A DNA stretch of 64,000 nt, from assembly GCA_965218585.1 (NCBI GenBank), contig CBDCLE010000003.1, forward strand, positions 160,001 through 224,000, written 5' to 3'. The translations under genes and the position numbers were made by a program. The notes beneath the pieces were generated by a model that was not told the origin of the DNA, searched no databases, and saw only the letters and a list, made by a program, of their open reading frames with translations. Of the stretch, positions 60,019 to 64,000 are shown piece by piece. The stretch is from Terriglobia bacterium. GTDB lineage: Bacteria; Acidobacteriota; Terriglobia; 20CM-2-55-15. How positions within the stretch are numbered: position 1 is the stretch's first letter; each line of letters starts with the position of its first letter.

Positions 60019-61395
60019 ATGGGGACCATCATACTCGATTCCGCGCTGCTTGCTCAGGGCTGGGCCAACAATGTGGCCGTGACGATCGACGATCGCGGTG
60101 ACATCGTAGAGGTGAGTGCTGACAGCGTGGATCGTACCGGAAAACGAGTCACCGGGTGTCTGCTGCCAGGTGTCCCCAACTTGCACTCCCACGCACACCA
60201 ACGGGCCATGGTAGGGTTAGCAGAACGCTCAGACGGGAACGCCGACAACTTCTGGACGTGGCGCGAGGTGATGTATGGCTTTCTCGGTGGGATAAACCCG
60301 CATCACCTCGGGGCCATTGCCGCCCAGCTCTACATAGAAATGCTGAAGTCAGGGTACACGTGTGTCGGAGAATTTCAGTACTTGCATCACAACAAGGAAG
60401 GCAAGCCCCATGACGAGCCCGCGGAGATGTCGCTGCGCACTCTGGCTGCGGCCAGGGAGGTGGGGATAGGCATCACGAATCTTCCGGCGCTCTACCGCTA
60501 TAGTGACTTTGGAGGCCAAGAGCCTCTTCCAGATCAGCGCCGCTTCATAAACGACGCGGAGGACTTTCTCTCCATCCTGGGGACGCTGATCGAGGCAGGC
60601 GGCGATGATCCCAACGTCGCGACCGGCGTCGCACTGCATTCCTTACGAGCGATTAGCAAGGGCCTGATCGAGGAAGTGCTGGAGGAAATCAGAGGACACA
60701 GAAATCGGCCTATTCATATACATATCGGCGAACAGATCGAAGAAGTCGAGAAATGCCTGGCCTGGAGTAATCAACGGCCCGTCGAGTGGCTCTACTCGAA
60801 TTGCGATGTCGACGAGCGCTGGTGCCTCATCCACGCAACCCACATGAGCGAGGGAGAGATGGCCCAGGTAGTTCAAAGCGGCGCGGTCGTCGGCGTCTGT
60901 CCCACAACCGAAGCGAATCTGGGTGACGGTCTGTTCGACGCTGTGGCTTACGTTCGATTAAACGGATGTCTCGGTATCGGTTCTGACAGCAACGTCTCCG
61001 TGAGCCCTGTTGAAGAGCTGCGCTGGCTGGAATACGGCCAGCGTCTGACCGAACTCAAGCGCAATGCCTTGGCCGGCCCCGAGCAGGGGAGCACGGCGCG
61101 CAATCTCTTCGAGCTTGCACTGGCGGGCGGCGCGCAGGCTTGTGGACGCAAGATAGGACGCATAGAGGCAGGCTATAGGGCCGATCTGATCGTTCTCGAA
61201 ACCGACCATCCTTTGCTCTACCATCGTTCCGAAGATGAGTTGCTAAGCAGCTGGATCTTTGCCGGTAACACGAATCTCGTCCGCGATGTCTACGTCGGTG
61301 GCAAGCTCGTGGTTGAAAACGGAAAACATCTGATGGAAGAAAGCATCGGTTCTCGCTTCAAACACGCGATCGACGAGCTCGCCGACAAAATATGA
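60019..61395 (+). CDS. hutF: Formimidoylglutamate deiminase
   Basis: [26 protein letters not shown] and [11 protein letters not shown]. Confidence 0.96.
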   Translation: MGTIILDSALLAQGWANNVAVTIDDRGDIVEVSADSVDRTGKRVTGCLLPGVPNLHSHAHQRAMVGLAERSDGNADNFWTWREVMYGFLGGINPHHLGAIAAQLYIEMLKSGYTCVGEFQYLHHNKEGKPHDEPAEMSLRTLAAAREVGIGITNLPALYRYSDFGGQEPLPDQRRFINDAEDFLSILGTLIEAGGDDPNVATGVALHSLRAISKGLIEEVLEEIRGHRNRPIHIHIGEQIEEVEKCLAWSNQRPVEWLYSNCDVDERWCLIHATHMSEGEMAQVVQSGAVVGVCPTTEANLGDGLFDAVAYVRLNGCLGIGSDSNVSVSPVEELRWLEYGQRLTELKRNALAGPEQGSTARNLFELALAGGAQACGRKIGRIEAGYRADLIVLETDHPLLYHRSEDELLSSWIFAGNTNLVRDVYVGGKLVVENGKHLMEESIGSRFKHAIDELADKI

Positions 61396-62930
61396 GCACA
61401 CTTAGACTCAAGCTGACGCCGGGCGAGTTAACCCTCGCCGACTTGCGTCGGATTTTCTACCAGCCCGTTCTCCTGACTGTCGATGAGGGTGCATGGTCCG
61501 GTGTTCTGCGTGCCCGCCAGACGGTTGAAACCGTCATTGACAGCGACAGTGTCGCCTACGGCGTCAACACGGGTTTTGGACGGTTGGCTCAGACACGGAT
61601 AGACGCCCATCAATTGGCGGGCCTACAAGAGAACCTGCTTCTCTCACATGCGACTGGCGTCGGCCCACTGCTCGATGATGACACCGTACGTCTCGTCCTG
61701 GTGATGAAGATCAACGCCCTGATGCGCGGTTATTCAGGCGTGCGACGCGAGGTCATCGAGTTTCTGATAGATCTACTCAACAGAGGCCTGTATCCAGCTA
61801 TTCCTTCTAAAGGGTCCGTCGGCGCATCGGGGGATCTGGCGCCGCTGGCGCACTTGAGTCTGCCGCTGATCGGCAAGGGTGAGATCCGCGTCGGCGGTGA
61901 GTTGGGGGACAGCGCCGCAGCGCTTCGCGACGCCGAACTCGAACCTCTCGGCTTGAAAGCAAAGGACGGATTGGCGCTCCTGAACGGAACACAAGTGTCC
62001 ACGGCTTTGGCACTGAAAGGTTTGTTCGATGCCGAACGTAATGCCAACGCTGCGTTCATCGCCGGTAGCATGACGGTCGAGGCAGCTCTGGGCAGTCGCG
62101 TACCTTTTGAGAAGAACGTCCAGCGAGTGCGCGGCCAGCCCGGGCAGATCGAAGCGGCACGCATCTACCGCACTATCCTGACCGACAGCGAGATCAATCA
62201 ATCTCATATCGATTGCGATCGAGTGCAGGATCCCTATTCCATTCGCTGTCAACCCCAGGTGATGGGGGCTTGCCTGGACCAGATGCGTTTCGCGGCGTCG
62301 CGTCTGGAAATCGAGGCCAATGCTGTTTCAGACAACCCGCTGGTATTTTCCGATGACGGTCAGATCGTGTCTGGTGGAAATTTTCATGCCGAGCCGGTAG
62401 CCATGGCGGCCGACAGTCTTGCCGTTGCGATTGCGGAAATCGGTGCTCTATCGGAACGCCGCGTGGCGCTCCTGATCGATTCCAGCTTGAGCCAGCTCCC
62501 ACCGTTCCTGGTGGAGAACGCAGGGCTCAACTCCGGTTTCATGATCGCTCAGGTCACTGCTGCGGCGCTCGCCAGTGAGAACAAGTCTCTCGCCCATCCG
62601 GCAAGTGTCGATAGCCTGCCGACCTCCGCTAATCAGGAAGACCATGTGAGCATGGCGACCTTCGCTGCCCGGCGCCTTGGCGACATGAACGAAAACACCC
62701 GTTACGTTGCCGCGGTGGAGTTACTGGCTGCAGCCCAGGGCATCGACCTGCGGCGGCCCTTGAAGTCCAATCAGATGGTCGAGGAAGCCCACGCCGAGAT
62801 CCGCCGCGTGGCCGCAAAATGGAAGCAGGACCGTTACTTCCAGCCGGACCTGGAGGCCGTGGCGGGCTTGATCGAGGACGGTGTGTTCGGTGATTGGGTG
62901 AACGCGTACATGGAGCGGGCCTATGAGTGA
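61392..62930 (+). CDS. hutH: Histidine ammonia-lyase
   Basis: [11 protein letters not shown] motif [11 protein letters not shown], and [10 protein letters not shown]. Confidence 0.98.
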   Translation: MSTLRLKLTPGELTLADLRRIFYQPVLLTVDEGAWSGVLRARQTVETVIDSDSVAYGVNTGFGRLAQTRIDAHQLAGLQENLLLSHATGVGPLLDDDTVRLVLVMKINALMRGYSGVRREVIEFLIDLLNRGLYPAIPSKGSVGASGDLAPLAHLSLPLIGKGEIRVGGELGDSAAALRDAELEPLGLKAKDGLALLNGTQVSTALALKGLFDAERNANAAFIAGSMTVEAALGSRVPFEKNVQRVRGQPGQIEAARIYRTILTDSEINQSHIDCDRVQDPYSIRCQPQVMGACLDQMRFAASRLEIEANAVSDNPLVFSDDGQIVSGGNFHAEPVAMAADSLAVAIAEIGALSERRVALLIDSSLSQLPPFLVENAGLNSGFMIAQVTAAALASENKSLAHPASVDSLPTSANQEDHVSMATFAARRLGDMNENTRYVAAVELLAAAQGIDLRRPLKSNQMVEEAHAEIRRVAAKWKQDRYFQPDLEAVAGLIEDGVFGDWVNAYMERAYE

Positions 62931-63726
62931 AGTGTTCGAATTTCACCGTGGCACGACCCCGCTCCTGATCAGCATGCCGCACTCCGGCATCCAGGTACCT
63001 GAACCTGTTTTTCGGCGTCTGAGCGATCGGGCGAAGACGCTGGCGGATACGGACTGGCACGTTCCCCGGCTATACGAGTTTGTCCGAGACCTGGGGGCGT
63101 CTACGTTAACGGCGAACTTCAGCCGCTACGTCGTCGATCTCAACCGTCCCCCGGACAACCAAACGCTGTACCCCGGTCAAGCGAATACGGCTCTCTGTCC
63201 TGTGACCTCGTTCGACGGCACGCCGCTGTATGTTGAAGGACAAGAACTGAGGGAAAACGAGACCCAGGAGCGCCGGGATCGCTACTGGCAACCCTACCAC
63301 CACAAGCTTGCCGAAGAGCTCGCCCAGATCAAGAAGACCCACGGCTGTGTGCTACTCTATGACGCTCATTCGATTACATCCAGAGTGCCGCGTCTGTTCG
63401 AAGGGCGCCTCCCCGATTTGAACCTGGGTACGGCGCGGGGCACGAGCTGTGCGCCCGCCATTGAGGCCGCAATCGCAGAGGTCATGGCCGCCTCTGATTT
63501 CTCATCGGTCGTGAACGGCCGCTTCGTGGGTGGCTATATTACGCGCCACTACGGCAGACCGGATGAAGACGTTCACGCCGTGCAGATGGAGATCGCCCAG
63601 TGCGGCTACATGGAAGAGATCGGAGGGGCTCCGTTTAACGAGGCCAAGGCAGACAAGCTCAGACCGGTCCTGGGCCAGGTGCTCACGCGCCTTGTTGAAA
63701 GCTCCCGCGAGGGAATGAGGGTATGA
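62923..63726 (+). CDS. hutG: N-formylglutamate deformylase
   Basis: [30 protein letters not shown] and [14 protein letters not shown]. Confidence 0.95.
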   Translation: MSEVFEFHRGTTPLLISMPHSGIQVPEPVFRRLSDRAKTLADTDWHVPRLYEFVRDLGASTLTANFSRYVVDLNRPPDNQTLYPGQANTALCPVTSFDGTPLYVEGQELRENETQERRDRYWQPYHHKLAEELAQIKKTHGCVLLYDAHSITSRVPRLFEGRLPDLNLGTARGTSCAPAIEAAIAEVMAASDFSSVVNGRFVGGYITRHYGRPDEDVHAVQMEIAQCGYMEEIGGAPFNEAKADKLRPVLGQVLTRLVESSREGMRV

Positions 63727-64000
63727 ATATGTTTCGCCGAAATCTGATCCTGCCGGTATTGTTGCTGCCCTTGTTGATAGTAACCAGCGCCCTGGGCCAG
63801 TCGACAGTGCCGACACCGGAGTCTTCGCTCACATTTTCCGTCGGCGCCGATTTCAAATTGGCCACTTACGAGGAATCACTGGATTACTTTCGTGCTCTGG
63901 ACGCCGCCTCCGACTACCTCCAGCTCATTGAGATCGGAAAGACGTCCGAGGGCCGCCCATGGTACATGGCGCTGGTCTCCACACCAGAGAACCTGCGGCA
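63723..64000 (+). CDS. Exported M14-family zinc carboxypeptidase, 5' part (runs off the window)
   Basis: Manual translation [15 protein letters not shown]...VPTPES.LTFSVGADFKLATYEESLDYFRALDAASD...IGKTSEGRP..MALVSTPENL. Confidence 0.75.
   Translation, partial: MNMFRRNLILPVLLLPLLIVTSALGQSTVPTPESSLTFSVGADFKLATYEESLDYFRALDAASDYLQLIEIGKTSEGRPWYMALVSTPENLR

Overview
Bacterial chromosomal window of moderately high GC. The gene content (lpxC, dprA-topA-trmFO-xerC, purB-S-Q-L-F-M-N, many signal-peptide hydrolases) suggests a Gram-negative organism, plausibly Acidobacteriota; the taxonomy is inference. Positions 1-14.1 kb form an accessory region ending at the 3' end of tRNA-Val(GAC). It holds a partial HigA gene, a RAYT-type HUH transposase, a truncated IS3, an HTH + nucleotidyltransferase (AbiE-like) pair with a perfect 23-bp operator-like palindrome, a DUF433/DUF5615 TA pair, and exported enzymes disrupted by IS1182 and IS256. 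Positions 14.2-49.3 kb are mostly housekeeping (polA, lpxC, comF, rlmH-rsfS-nadD-obgE-rpmA-rplU, xerC-trmFO-topA-dprA, rlmN, pur operon, tyrS, pdxJ). Their intergenic spaces carry several families of small hairpin repeats, including GTAG-type REPs, one of which contains a nested 77-nt element. Positions 49.4-64 kb hold hicA with its hicB split by a second IS256 copy, FKBP, an M28 peptidase, a TPP enzyme, and a divergent five-step hut cluster with a HutC-type box. Several genes have single frameshifts or in-frame stops, some of which may be assembly errors. No CRISPR array, rRNA or prophage was seen.
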